DNA from: an uncultured Acidobacteriota bacterium
Lineage (GTDB): Bacteria; Acidobacteriota; Polarisedimenticolia; J045
Assembly (NCBI GenBank): GCA_963702425.1
Contig: CAVPCQ010000015.1
Coordinates: 1-64,000 of the forward strand
Reading direction: 5' to 3'
Length of the DNA stretch: 64,000 nucleotides
Shown here: piece after piece, positions 29,729 to 39,750 of the stretch
How the letters are laid out: every line of letters starts with the position of its first letter
Position numbering within the stretch: the first letter of the stretch is position 1
Translations under genes and position numbers: made by a program
The notes under the pieces: model-generated
Database searches by the model: none
What the model was told of the DNA's origin: nothing
What the model saw: the letters and a program-made list of their open reading frames with translations, nothing else

Positions 29729-31389
29729 AACAGCTTCTCGACCTGCCCCAGCAGCCGCCGCAGCCCGATCCGCTCGCGCACCCGCCGCTTCGCCAGGAGC
29801 CCGAGCTGCGCCGCGAGCCGCTGCCGCAACGAGCGCCCGTGAAGCGCCTGCGCGGCTGCCGCGAGGGTCTCTTCCAGCTCGCGGTCGTACGGGTACCACC
29901 ACAACTCCGCCTCGCGCCCGCGGTCGAGCGAGACGTACTTCGCCTGGACCATCTCGGCGAGGCCGAGCCGGCCGTGCATCCGGCCGAAGCCGCTCGCCTT
30001 GACGCCGCCCCACGGCGCCGTCGGCTCGCCGAAGCTCGAGACGCAGTCGTTGACCGTCACCACGCCGGCCTGCAGCTCCCGCTGCAGCCGGCGCGCGGTC
30101 TCCTCGCTCCGTGTCCAGCCGCTCGCCGTCAGGCCGCAGTCGCCGTCGTTGGCGAGGCGGATCGCCTCGTCGAGCGAGTCCACGGCCATCACCGGCAGCA
30201 CCGGGCCGAAGGTCTCCTCGCGCATGACGCGCATCGTGGGGTCGACGCCGGCGAGGACGGTGGCGGGGTAGAAGAACCCCGGTCCCTCGGGGGTGCGGCC
30301 GCCGACGAGCACCTGCGCGCCCCGCTCCACGGCGTCCCGCACGTGCTCCTCGACGATCGACCGTTGCCGCTCCAGCGTCATCGGGCCGAGGTCGGTCCCT
30401 GCGCGCGTCGGATCCCCGGTGCGCAGCGCCTGCGTCTGCTCGACGACCCGGTCCAGGAACTCCCCGGCCACTTCGCGCTCGACGTAGACGCGCTCGACCG
30501 ACGCGCAGGTCTGCCCCGCGTTCACGAACGCGCCCCAGACGATCCCCTGGGCGGCGCGGTCGAGGTCGGCGTCGCGGCAGACGATCGCGGGGTCTTTCCC
30601 GCCGAGCTCGAGCACGACCGGTGTCCCGTTCGCCGCGGCCGCCGCCATGACCTTCCGGCCCGTCGCAATGCTGCCGACGAAGACGATCTTTCCGACGCGC
30701 GGGTCTGGCACCAGCCCGGACGCGACCGAATCGTCGATGGCGACGACGTTGACGACGCCGTCCGGCAGGCCGGTGCGACGCGCCAGCGCCCCGATGGCGA
30801 GCCCGACGAGGGTCGCCGCCGGGGCGGGCTTCAGGACCACCGTATTCCCGGCGGCGAGCGCCGCAGCGACGATCGGCAGCGCGAGCCCCAGCGGGTAGTT
30901 CCAGGGCGTGATCGCGAGCACCACGCCGATCGGCGTGTAGACGACGCGCGCCTGCTTGTGCGCGAGCAGCAGCATCCGCCCGTCGAGCGGCTCGTCGCGC
31001 AGCAGGTCCTCGGCTTCCGCCGCGAGGTGCTTGAGCGCCTCGAGGGAAGGGAGAATCTCGACGGCGTACGCCTCGGCGATCGGCTTCCCCTGCTCGCGCG
31101 CGATCAGGTGCGCCAGGTCGCCGGCCTCGGCGAGGAGCGCCGCGTGCAATCGGTCGAGCGCGCGCGCCCGGGCACGGACCGGTAGACCGCTCCAGGCTGG
31201 AAATGCCGCTCGCGCTGCGGCAAGCGCCTCGCCGGCCTGGGCCGGGTCGAGCAGGCTGGCGGCGGCGAACGGTTCACCGGTGCAGGGGTTGACCACGGGG
31301 CGCGTGCCGCCACGCCCCTCGACGTCTCTCCCGCCGACGTGCGAGTGGTGCAGTGGCAGAGCGCGCGCGGTCCCGGTTCCGGTTTCCAC
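29725..31389 (-). CDS. NAD(P)-dependent aldehyde dehydrogenase
   Basis: ITPWNYP, LKPA, FVGSIATG, catalytic ELGGKDP and NAGQTC, EETFGP, PWGGVKASG. Confidence 0.95.
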   Translation of the reverse strand: METGTGTARALPLHHSHVGGRDVEGRGGTRPVVNPCTGEPFAAASLLDPAQAGEALAAARAAFPAWSGLPVRARARALDRLHAALLAEAGDLAHLIAREQGKPIAEAYAVEILPSLEALKHLAAEAEDLLRDEPLDGRMLLLAHKQARVVYTPIGVVLAITPWNYPLGLALPIVAAALAAGNTVVLKPAPAATLVGLAIGALARRTGLPDGVVNVVAIDDSVASGLVPDPRVGKIVFVGSIATGRKVMAAAAANGTPVVLELGGKDPAIVCRDADLDRAAQGIVWGAFVNAGQTCASVERVYVEREVAGEFLDRVVEQTQALRTGDPTRAGTDLGPMTLERQRSIVEEHVRDAVERGAQVLVGGRTPEGPGFFYPATVLAGVDPTMRVMREETFGPVLPVMAVDSLDEAIRLANDGDCGLTASGWTRSEETARRLQRELQAGVVTVNDCVSSFGEPTAPWGGVKASGFGRMHGRLGLAEMVQAKYVSLDRGREAELWWYPYDRELEETLAAAAQALHGRSLRQRLAAQLGLLAKRRVRERIGLRRLLGQVEKLF

Positions 31390-31425
31390 GGGCCGATTGT
31401 AGTCCGGGGCCGGCTCGCGGCCGCG

Positions 31426-31794
31426 CTACTCCCACTCCACGCAGCGCGTCGGGACCCAGCCCCGCGCGCCGTCGGCCCGCTCCGCCCAGAGCCAGCCCCC
31501 GTAGGCCTGCGTCACCGCAAGCCGGTCCCCGGGCGCGACCTCCAGCTCGGTGGCGTCGTAGTCGGCGCGCAGCGTCGCGCGGGCCCCGTCGCGCTCGAGC
31601 CAGGCCTCGGGGATCCAGGCCTCGCCGCCCCCGTCCGCGCGGCAGCGGAACCAGAGCGGCCACTCCTCGTCGCGGCGGCCGACGGCGACGACCTGACCCG
31701 CGCGGAACCGCAGCGGCGGCTGGCCGGAAGGGCGGTGGACCGCGGCGGCGAGCGCCCGGCGCGGTGGATCGATCAACGGGACGGGCAGCTTCAC
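31426..31794 (-). CDS. Tandem SH3-like domain protein
   Basis: Two SH3-like units (LRFRAGQVV...WFRC...AWIP and DYDATELEVAPGD...GWLW...GWVP); no signal peptide. Confidence 0.75.
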   Translation of the reverse strand: MKLPVPLIDPPRRALAAAVHRPSGQPPLRFRAGQVVAVGRRDEEWPLWFRCRADGGGEAWIPEAWLERDGARATLRADYDATELEVAPGDRLAVTQAYGGWLWAERADGARGWVPTRCVEWE

Positions 31795-31806
31795 GGCCTG
31801 CTCCCT

Positions 31807-32634
31807 TCAGGGCCGGAGGTAGACGACGAGCGTTCCCACACCCACCGCCAGGGCGACGACTGCGAACGCGATGCGCAGCCGGGCGACCGGCCAGCGCCCC
31901 GCCAGCTCCGCCCCGGCGCGGCTCCCGACGATCGAAGCGAGGACGAAGGGCAGCACGCGCGCCCACGGCAACCCGTCGAGGCCCGAGAGCGCGCCGAGCA
32001 GCGCGCCGGCGCAGTTGAGCGCGATCACGCCGAGGCTGGTGGCGATCGCTTCGGGCAGGGCGAGCCCGACCGCGGCGACCAGCGCGGGGACGATCAGGAA
32101 CCCGCCGCCCACGCCGAGCACACCGGAGAGCAGGCCGACTGCCAGCGCCGTGGCGACGAGCCGCCCACGCGGCGCGGCGCCCGAAGCAGCGGCCGCCGCC
32201 GCACCGCCGGAGCCCTCCTCGCCAGGCTGCCCCTCCGCTCCGGGGTTCCTGGCCTCGCCGCCTGCCGGTCCGCGCAACATCCTCAACCCGACGAACAGCG
32301 CGAGCGCGCCGAAGGCGAGCATCAGTCCGCGCGCCGGGACCATCCGCCCGAGGCGCCCGCCCCCGACCGCCGCACTCCCGGCGATCACCGCGAACGGCAG
32401 CACCGCGCGCCACCGCAGCCGCCCGTCGCGCGCGTGCGTGGCGGCACCCGCCACCGCGCTCCCGCCGACCGAGAGCAGGCTCGCCGCCACCGCCTGGTGC
32501 GGGGTGAGGCCCACGACGCCGACCAGCGCCGGCAAAGTCAGGATCGACCCGCCGGCCCCCGTGAGGCCGAGGACGCCGCCGGTGACGAGGCCCGCGAGGA
32601 TCGTCGCGGCGAGCCGCAGCGCGTCGCTTTCCAT
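31807..32634 (-). CDS. Sulfite exporter TauE/SafE family permease
   Basis: Duplicated GLTGAGGSILTLP and GVLGVGGGFLIVP motifs, AIATSL; about 8 TM. Confidence 0.88.
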   Translation of the reverse strand: MESDALRLAATILAGLVTGGVLGLTGAGGSILTLPALVGVVGLTPHQAVAASLLSVGGSAVAGAATHARDGRLRWRAVLPFAVIAGSAAVGGGRLGRMVPARGLMLAFGALALFVGLRMLRGPAGGEARNPGAEGQPGEEGSGGAAAAAASGAAPRGRLVATALAVGLLSGVLGVGGGFLIVPALVAAVGLALPEAIATSLGVIALNCAGALLGALSGLDGLPWARVLPFVLASIVGSRAGAELAGRWPVARLRIAFAVVALAVGVGTLVVYLRP

Positions 32635-32749
32635 GGCACGCCATGAGACCACAATTGACATCCCCCGTGCGCCGTGGTCCGATGGTTGCCTCGCCGCGCA
32701 CCGTCGAGGCCCCGCGAGCGTCTCCCCGCAGGGATCCCGAGGACGGTCC

Positions 32750-34099
32750 ATGGACCCCGCGTTCCTCTCCCGTCTGCAGTTCGCCCTGACGATCGGGTTC
32801 CACTACATCTACCCGCCGCTCTCGATCGGCCTCGGTCTCGTGCTGGTCCTGATGGAGGGGACATACCTCCGCACGAAGAACCCGCTCTACCGCCAGATGA
32901 CCCGCTTCTGGGTCCGGGTCTTCGGCCTCACGTTCGCGATCGGAGTCGCCACCGGGATCGTGATGGAGTTCGAGTTCGGCACCAACTGGGCCGCCTACTC
33001 GCGCTTCGTCGGCGACGTCTTCGGCAGCGCGCTGGCGGCGGAAGGGATCTTCGCCTTCTTCCTCGAGTCGGGCTTCCTCGCGCTGCTGCTGTTCGGCTGG
33101 GACAAGGTCGGTCCGGGCGTGCATTTCCTGTCGACCGTGATGGTCTGCCTCGGCGCCCACTTCAGCGCGATCTGGATCGTCGTCGCCAACTCCTGGATGC
33201 AGACCCCGGCCGGCTACCACATCGTCGGCGAGGGCGCGGCCGCGCGGGCCGAGATCACCGACTTCTGGGCGATGGTCTTCAACCCTTCGTCGGTCGACCG
33301 GCTCGTCCACACGCTGCTTGGCGCCTGGTCGGCCGGCGCCTTCCTCGTGATCTCGGTCGCGGCGTACTACCTCCTGCGCCGGGAGCACCTCGACTTCGCG
33401 AAGGCCTCGATGAAGTTCGGTCTCGCCGTCGCGCTGGTCGCATCGCTCGGCTCCGCGATCTCGGGGGACCTGAGCTCCAAGGGAGTCGCGAAGAACCAGC
33501 CGGTCAAGCTGGCGGCGATGGAGGGGATCATGGAGCCCGCCTCCCCAGCCGCGCTGCACCTGTTCGGTTGGGTCGATGAGAAGAGCGAGCGCACCCACGG
33601 GGTCGCGATTCCCGGCCTCTTGAGCTGGCTCCTGCACGGCGACGCGTCGGCGCCGGTCCCCGGGATCAAGGCCTTTCCGCCCGACGAGCGCCCGCCGCTG
33701 AACCTGACCTTCCAGGCCTTCCACGGGATGGTCGCGATCGGATTCGGGCTGCTCGGCCTGGCGCTTGCCGGCCTTGCGTTCCTGCTGCGCGGACGCCTGT
33801 TCGAGACCCGCTGGCTGCTGCGGCTGATGGTCCTCTCCGTGCTCGGTCCGCAGCTCGCCAACCAGCTCGGCTGGATGACGGCCGAAGTCGGCCGCCAGCC
33901 CTGGATCGTCACCGGGATCATGCGCACGAAGGACGGGATCTCGCCGACCGTCGGCGGGGGCGAGGTGCTCTTCTCGCTCCTCCTGTTCACGCTGGTCTAC
34001 GCCCTGCTGTTCGTCCTGTTCCTCTACCTGCTCGACGCCAAGATCAAGCACGGCCCGCTCGACGAGGACCTCGTCGCCGGCGCCCGACACCGCGCGTGA
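32750..34099 (+). CDS. cydA: Cytochrome bd ubiquinol oxidase subunit I
   Basis: [53 protein letters not shown] and EVGRQPW. Confidence 0.97.
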   Translation: MDPAFLSRLQFALTIGFHYIYPPLSIGLGLVLVLMEGTYLRTKNPLYRQMTRFWVRVFGLTFAIGVATGIVMEFEFGTNWAAYSRFVGDVFGSALAAEGIFAFFLESGFLALLLFGWDKVGPGVHFLSTVMVCLGAHFSAIWIVVANSWMQTPAGYHIVGEGAAARAEITDFWAMVFNPSSVDRLVHTLLGAWSAGAFLVISVAAYYLLRREHLDFAKASMKFGLAVALVASLGSAISGDLSSKGVAKNQPVKLAAMEGIMEPASPAALHLFGWVDEKSERTHGVAIPGLLSWLLHGDASAPVPGIKAFPPDERPPLNLTFQAFHGMVAIGFGLLGLALAGLAFLLRGRLFETRWLLRLMVLSVLGPQLANQLGWMTAEVGRQPWIVTGIMRTKDGISPTVGGGEVLFSLLLFTLVYALLFVLFLYLLDAKIKHGPLDEDLVAGARHRA

Positions 34100-35133
34100 A
34101 CGCCATGACGAACCTCCCCTTCGACCTCCCGACGATCTGGTTCCTGCTCGTCGGCGCGCTGCTGGCGGGCTACGCGGTGCTCGACGGCTTCGACCTCGGA
34201 GTCGGCGCGCTGCACCTGTTCACGCGCAAGGACGAGCACCGCCGACTCCTGATCAACTCGATCGGCCCGGTGTGGGACGGCAACGAGGTCTGGCTGGTCA
34301 CCGGTGGCGGCGCGCTCTTCGCCGCCTTCCCAGTGGTCTACGCCACGGTCTTCTCGGGTTTCTACCTGGCGATGATCCTGCTGCTGTTCGCGCTGATCTT
34401 CCGCGCGACGGCGATCGAGTTCCGCAGCAAGCAGCCGGGCGCGCGCTGGCGCGCCGCATGGGACGTGAGCTTCTCCGCCGCCAGCATCGCCGCCAGCCTG
34501 CTGATGGGGATCGCGCTGGGGAACGTGATCTGGGGCATCCCGCTGGATGACGCCGGGTACTTCGCCGGCTCGTTCCTGTCGCTCCTGAACCCCTTCGCGC
34601 TCCTGACCGGGGTCACCACGCTGGCCCTCTTCATGATGCACGGCGCGATCTACCTGGTGCTCAAGACCGACGGCGAGATCCAGCAGCTCGTCAAGAGCTG
34701 GGTGAACCCCGCGATCGTCCGCTTCGTCGTCCTCTACGTGACCACGACGATGGCGACGCTGATCTATCGGCCCGAGATGGCAGCCACGATCAAGGCCCAC
34801 CCGGTGCTCTTCGTCGTGCCGCTGCTGACGATGCTGGCGATCGCGAACGTCCCGCGCTCGATCCACGAGGGTCGCACCGGTTGGGCTTTCATCTCGTCCT
34901 CGGCTGCGGTATTCGGGCTCTTCGCGCTGGTCGGCCTCGGCATGTACCCGACGCTGGTCCGCGCGACCGACCCGGCTCGGCACCTGACGATCAGCAACTC
35001 CTCTTCCTCCCCGTCGACGCTGGGGATCATGCTGGTCATCGCGCTGATCGGGATCCCGCTCGTGCTGTCCTACACGGTCAGCATCTACTGGATCTTCCGC
35101 GGCAAGGTGAAGCTGGACTCGATGTCGTACTAG
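34096..35133 (+). CDS. cydB: Cytochrome bd ubiquinol oxidase subunit II
   Basis: [19 protein letters not shown] and FAAFP; overlaps the cydA stop. Confidence 0.97.
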   Translation: MNAMTNLPFDLPTIWFLLVGALLAGYAVLDGFDLGVGALHLFTRKDEHRRLLINSIGPVWDGNEVWLVTGGGALFAAFPVVYATVFSGFYLAMILLLFALIFRATAIEFRSKQPGARWRAAWDVSFSAASIAASLLMGIALGNVIWGIPLDDAGYFAGSFLSLLNPFALLTGVTTLALFMMHGAIYLVLKTDGEIQQLVKSWVNPAIVRFVVLYVTTTMATLIYRPEMAATIKAHPVLFVVPLLTMLAIANVPRSIHEGRTGWAFISSSAAVFGLFALVGLGMYPTLVRATDPARHLTISNSSSSPSTLGIMLVIALIGIPLVLSYTVSIYWIFRGKVKLDSMSY

Positions 35134-37586
35134 AACGGCCAGCGCCAGTCGGTCATCTCGGGCGGGTCCACGCCCATCTCGTGGGCGTAGGACCGGCACG
35201 CGAACTGCTCGTTGCGGAACTTCTCCTTGGCATGCGCCCCCGCCACGCGCAGCCGCGGAACGCGGTCGACCACGTCGATCGCGATGCTGAAGCGATCGAC
35301 CTGGTTGTTGATCGCCAGCTCCAGCGGCGTGTTGATGTTGCCCTTCTCCTTGTAGCCGCGCACGTGCAGGTTCTTGTGGTTGTTGCGGCGGTAGGCCAGG
35401 CGGTGGATCAGCCACGGGTAGCCGTGGAAGTTGAAGATGATCGGCTTGTCGAGCGTGAAGAGGCTGTCGAAGTCGCGGTCCGACAGCCCGTGCGGGTGCT
35501 CGGTGTCGGGCTGCAGCTTGAACAGGTCGACGACGTTGACGAAGCGGATCCTGAGGTCCGGGAACTCCCCGCGCAGCAGCGCCGCGGCGGCCAGCGCCTC
35601 GAGCGTCGGGATGTCTCCCGCCGAGGCCAGCACGACGTCGGGTTCCTGCCCCTGGTCATTGCTCGCCCAGTCCCAGATCCCGATCCCTTTGGCGCAGTGG
35701 GCGGTCGCCGCCGGCATGTCGAGGTACTGCAGGTGGAGCTGTTTGTCCGAGACGATGACGTTGACGTAGTTCTCGGAAGACAGGCAGTGGGCGGCCACCG
35801 ACAGCAGGCAGTTCGCGTCCGGCGGCAGGTAGATCCGCGTCACGGCCGCGCTCTTGTTGACCACGACGTCGAGGAAACCCGGGTCCTGGTGGGTGAAACC
35901 GTTGTGGTCCTGCCGCCAGACGGTGGAGGTGATCAGCAGGTTGAGCGATGCGATGTGCGCCCGCCACGACAGGTGGTTGCAGACGTCGAGCCACTTGGCG
36001 TGCTGGTTGAACATCGAGTCGATGACATGGACGAAGGCCTCGTACGACGACAGGAAGCCGTGCCGGCCGGTGAGCAGGTACCCCTCGAGCATTCCCTCCA
36101 TCGTGTGCTCGCTGAGCATCTCGACCACCCGCCCGTCGCGCGCCAGCTCGGTGCCGTCGGCGTCCTCCGGGAAATCCTGCGCGAGCCACAGCTTGCGGCT
36201 GACCTCGTAGATCGCGCCGAGCTTGTTGGAGGTGTTCTCGTCCGGACCGAAGACACGGAAGTTGCGCGGGTTGTCCTTCATGATGTCGCGCAGGTACTCG
36301 CCCAGCGGGCGCGTGTTCTCGGCCCGCACCTGGCCCGACTGCTCGAGGGCGACCGCGTAGTCCCGGAAGTCGGGGAGCTTGAGCGCCCGCTTGAGCAGGC
36401 CGCCGTTGGCGTGCGGGTTGGCGCCCATGCGGCGCGGGCCGACGGGCGCCAGCGCACGGACTTCCGCCACCGGCGCTCCCTCGGCGTCGAACAGCTCCTC
36501 GGGCCGGTAGCTCTTCATCCAGCGCTCGAGCAGCGCGAGGCGCTCGGGGTTCTTCCGCACGTCGGTGATCGGCACCTGGTGCGCGCGCCACGACCCCTCG
36601 ACCATGTGCCCGTCGAGTTCCGCCGGCGCAGTCCAGCCCTTCGGGGTCCGCAGCACGATCATCGGCCAGCGCGGACGCTCGGCCGTCGCCGCGCTTGCGG
36701 GACCGCCCGCTCGCGCCGCGGCCTGGGCGGCGCGGATCTCCGCGACCGCGCGGTCGAGCGTCGCTGCCATCGCCTGGTGCATCGACGCCGGCTCCGAACC
36801 CTCGACGAAGTAGGGGGTCCAGCCGCAGCCGCGGAACAGCGATTCCAGCTCGTCGTGCGTGATGCGCGCCAGCAGTGTCGGGTTGTTGATCTTGTAGCCG
36901 TTGAGATTGAGAACCGGGAGCACCGCGCCGTCGCGCGCCGGGTTGAGAAACTTGGAGATGTGCCAGGAGGTCGCGAGCGGTCCCGTCTCCGCTTCCCCGT
37001 CTCCGACCACCGCCGCGACGATCAGGCCCGGGTTGTCGAACGCCGCGCCGGCCGCGTGCGACAGCACGTAGCCCAGCTCGCCTCCCTCGTGGATCGAGCC
37101 CGGCGTCTCGGGCGTGCAGTGGCTACCGATCCCGCCCGGGAAGGAGAACTGCTTGAAGAAGCGCTGCAGCCCCTCGGCGTCGAGGCTCTTGTCGGGGTAG
37201 ATCTCGGAGTAGCTCCCCTCGAGGTAGACCGGGCCCAGGACGCCGGGAGCACCGTGACCGGGGCCCGCCATGAAGACCGCCTCGAGGCCGTCGCGCCGGA
37301 TCACGCGGTTGAGGTGCGCGTACACGAACGCGAGCGCGGGGCTCGCTCCCCAGTGACCGAGCAGCCGGCGCTTGATCTGCTCGGGGCGCAGCGGCTCTCT
37401 CAGCAGCGGGTTGTCCTGGAGGTAGATCATCCCCAGCGCGAGGTAGTTGCTGGCGCGCCAGAAGGCGTCGATCCGATTCAACTCCGCGGGGTCGAGCGGC
37501 GAGCCCGGGACGGTCGAACGGGCGGGCCCGAAGGCGCTCAGGTCGGCCGGCACGCCGGCCGGCGTCTGGCTGCTGCGGCCGTTCAT
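35130..37586 (-). CDS. xfp: Phosphoketolase (XFP family)
   Basis: [22 protein letters not shown] motif [23 protein letters not shown] and FHGYP. Confidence 0.97.
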   Translation of the reverse strand: MNGRSSQTPAGVPADLSAFGPARSTVPGSPLDPAELNRIDAFWRASNYLALGMIYLQDNPLLREPLRPEQIKRRLLGHWGASPALAFVYAHLNRVIRRDGLEAVFMAGPGHGAPGVLGPVYLEGSYSEIYPDKSLDAEGLQRFFKQFSFPGGIGSHCTPETPGSIHEGGELGYVLSHAAGAAFDNPGLIVAAVVGDGEAETGPLATSWHISKFLNPARDGAVLPVLNLNGYKINNPTLLARITHDELESLFRGCGWTPYFVEGSEPASMHQAMAATLDRAVAEIRAAQAAARAGGPASAATAERPRWPMIVLRTPKGWTAPAELDGHMVEGSWRAHQVPITDVRKNPERLALLERWMKSYRPEELFDAEGAPVAEVRALAPVGPRRMGANPHANGGLLKRALKLPDFRDYAVALEQSGQVRAENTRPLGEYLRDIMKDNPRNFRVFGPDENTSNKLGAIYEVSRKLWLAQDFPEDADGTELARDGRVVEMLSEHTMEGMLEGYLLTGRHGFLSSYEAFVHVIDSMFNQHAKWLDVCNHLSWRAHIASLNLLITSTVWRQDHNGFTHQDPGFLDVVVNKSAAVTRIYLPPDANCLLSVAAHCLSSENYVNVIVSDKQLHLQYLDMPAATAHCAKGIGIWDWASNDQGQEPDVVLASAGDIPTLEALAAAALLRGEFPDLRIRFVNVVDLFKLQPDTEHPHGLSDRDFDSLFTLDKPIIFNFHGYPWLIHRLAYRRNNHKNLHVRGYKEKGNINTPLELAINNQVDRFSIAIDVVDRVPRLRVAGAHAKEKFRNEQFACRSYAHEMGVDPPEMTDWRWPF

Positions 37587-37614
37587 CGACTCTCTCCTCG
37601 TCTTTCCGTCGTGA

Positions 37615-38607
37615 TCATCCCGGTCCCGCCGCTTCCAACTCCAGGCCGATCTCGTTCCCCAGCCGTTTCACGGCGGCCGCAACCGCCTCGCGCAGCGCCG
37701 GGTCGGCGAACAGCTTCGCCGGCACATCCCGGCGGAGGTACTCCGTCTCCCGCGCGAACCGCTCCTGCTGGTTCGCCAGCTGGCGCAGCTCCTTGAACCC
37801 CGGGCTGGACATCGCTTCGCGGAGGTGCTGGCCGGTCTTCTCCTGCAGGACGCTCAGCTCCGCAAACGCCAGGATCGGGGCCACGGACTCGAGTTCGGGC
37901 CGGCGGTCATGGAGCGTGCTCAGTCCGTTGAGCCCGGTGCAGACGTGGAAGCTGTACCTGGGCTGATCGGATTCCGTTCCGTCGGGGTTCTTACCGAGCC
38001 TCACCTGATCCGGCCAGCCCATGACCGCCACGTAGCGCATGAGTTCGTCGAGCGAAACGGTGACCTTCGGCAGGGGGCTCCGCTGGGGGCAGTCAGGACA
38101 GGTCAGCCCCGCCTCCTCGAGTTTCTCGATCACCTTCCGCTCCACGACTGCCTGGAAGCGCGGGTTCGCCATGACGGCTTCGGAATGGCGCCGGCTGGCC
38201 GCAACCGGCCAGTCGAGCGCACTGAAGTCGCCTCCCAGGACTTGCGGTTCGGGAGCGACGCCGAGGAGCAGGAACGAGGCGTATAGCTCCTCGAGCGTCG
38301 CGTCGACCACCTGCTTCACCGCAGACGCCGGGCGCTTCCCGTAGACCTCTTCGCATTCTTTGGGGCTGCCGATGATCGGGGCGTAGCGGTTTCTCTCGCC
38401 AAGCAGGCAGTTGCCGTCGCTGAGCGCGGCCCTGACATCCTGCCACGAGACGCTCTCGCCGGCTGCGATCGCGCCGGGAGGTGCTGCGGGTGGTCCGGTA
38501 GCTGCGGGCGACGCCGCGGCGAGGTGGCACGCCACGATCGACGGCAGGAGGCACGAGGCGTACCGGACGAGCCAGAAGGCCATGCCGGATCGCGAGCGCT
38601 GGCGCAT
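37615..38607 (-). CDS. Hypothetical exported Cys-containing protein
   Basis: 330-aa ORF with a signal-peptide-like N-terminus (start may be 38583) and a CPDC motif; no recognised family. Confidence 0.6.
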   Translation of the reverse strand: MRQRSRSGMAFWLVRYASCLLPSIVACHLAAASPAATGPPAAPPGAIAAGESVSWQDVRAALSDGNCLLGERNRYAPIIGSPKECEEVYGKRPASAVKQVVDATLEELYASFLLLGVAPEPQVLGGDFSALDWPVAASRRHSEAVMANPRFQAVVERKVIEKLEEAGLTCPDCPQRSPLPKVTVSLDELMRYVAVMGWPDQVRLGKNPDGTESDQPRYSFHVCTGLNGLSTLHDRRPELESVAPILAFAELSVLQEKTGQHLREAMSSPGFKELRQLANQQERFARETEYLRRDVPAKLFADPALREAVAAAVKRLGNEIGLELEAAGPG

Positions 38608-38813
38608 GCGAGCACCGCCTTTTCACGGGGAAGCGACGGTCGGACTCTACTCCAGGTTCGACAACGCGCCCAGACTAGCACGGGACCGGAGCCGTGAGAC
38701 CGGACGTTCCGGGCCGCACGACCGCCGCAGCGAACGCGGGTGCGGCGAGGACGCCGGACAGAACCCGGAGCGTCCGCGCGGCGGATCGGAAGCCGCCGCG
38801 CCTCCGCAACGAT

Positions 38814-39572
38814 CTAGAACGTCCAGGAGAAGCCCGCTGTCACCTCCCAGCCGCTGACGTCCAGGGCCCCGCCGTACGGCGCGAAGTCCCCGCCGACGTC
38901 GAGCGAGACCTCGGTCCAGCGCCCCTCGAGGAGGAGCGACCAGGCCGGCGCGATCGCGAACGACAGGCCGGCGGCGCCGAAGTAGCCGAAGTCGACGCCG
39001 TCGTCGATGTAGTAGGTCGTGACGATCTCCTCGCCGTCGACCACGAAGTCGCCGCCTTCGGCGTACTCCCACCAGTAGAGGCCGCCGCCGACGGCAAAGT
39101 ACGGGCGCACCCGGGAGCCCGGCGGGGTGAGATAGACCATGAACGCGGCGGTCATCGGCGTCATCTCGAGGTCCGACTGGAATGGGATGTCGTTGCCGAA
39201 TTCGTCGACGTAGCGCGCGTCGACGCGGCGCTCGCTGGCGTCGTAGTAGGCCAGCGTGAAGAGCACGCCGCTCCAGCGGTTGAGCGGGAGCACGAAGTCC
39301 ATCGCCGCGATAAGGTCCTCGAGGTCGTCGACGCTGCCCGTGAAAGCGTCCTGCTCCTGCTGCCAGAAGGTCCCGCCGTCGCCGGTCGGCTGGTAGATGC
39401 CGAGCCGCACGCGGAACTCCGGGCGGGGCGGGAAGACCACGGGGACCGCGGGGTCCTGGACCTGTCGCGGGTAGTGCTTCGGCTCCCCCGCGAAGGCGGC
39501 CGGTGCGGTGGCGGTCGAGAGGAGCGCGAGGGCAAGAGCGAGCGGCGCGGAGCGCCGGGCGTCGAAACGCAT
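38814..39572 (-). CDS. Outer-membrane beta-barrel protein (small OmpW/OmpA-barrel-like)
   Basis: GAGGAGG RBS, signal peptide, alternating beta-strands (RPYFAVGGG, FGYFGAAG) and a C-terminal beta-signal AGFSWTF. Confidence 0.85.
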   Translation of the reverse strand: MRFDARRSAPLALALALLSTATAPAAFAGEPKHYPRQVQDPAVPVVFPPRPEFRVRLGIYQPTGDGGTFWQQEQDAFTGSVDDLEDLIAAMDFVLPLNRWSGVLFTLAYYDASERRVDARYVDEFGNDIPFQSDLEMTPMTAAFMVYLTPPGSRVRPYFAVGGGLYWWEYAEGGDFVVDGEEIVTTYYIDDGVDFGYFGAAGLSFAIAPAWSLLLEGRWTEVSLDVGGDFAPYGGALDVSGWEVTAGFSWTF

Positions 39573-39750
39573 GACAGGTCCTCCTCGCGGTCGCCGGGGA
39601 ATCGGGAAAGCGGCCGCGCACCCCTCCTGGGAAAGCAATGCCGGTGCCATCCTGACGCCCCCGGTAACTCGTTCCATCGAGGCCTGTTCCGGACGCCGAG
39701 CCGCCGGTCCACGGAGCGGAGACGACCTCCAGAGAGGACGCTTCTCCGCG

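Noticed and set aside
349-37796. Very long alternative-frame or antisense ORFs (e.g. 349-3165, 15735-19139, 15931-19911, 31274-34090, 34881-37796)
   Set aside because: They are shadows of real genes caused by high GC3 and scarce stop codons; the translations are R/G/P/A-rich with no motifs.
38080-38110. c-type cytochrome motif in the orphan protein
   Set aside because: The sequence is CPDCP, not CxxCH.
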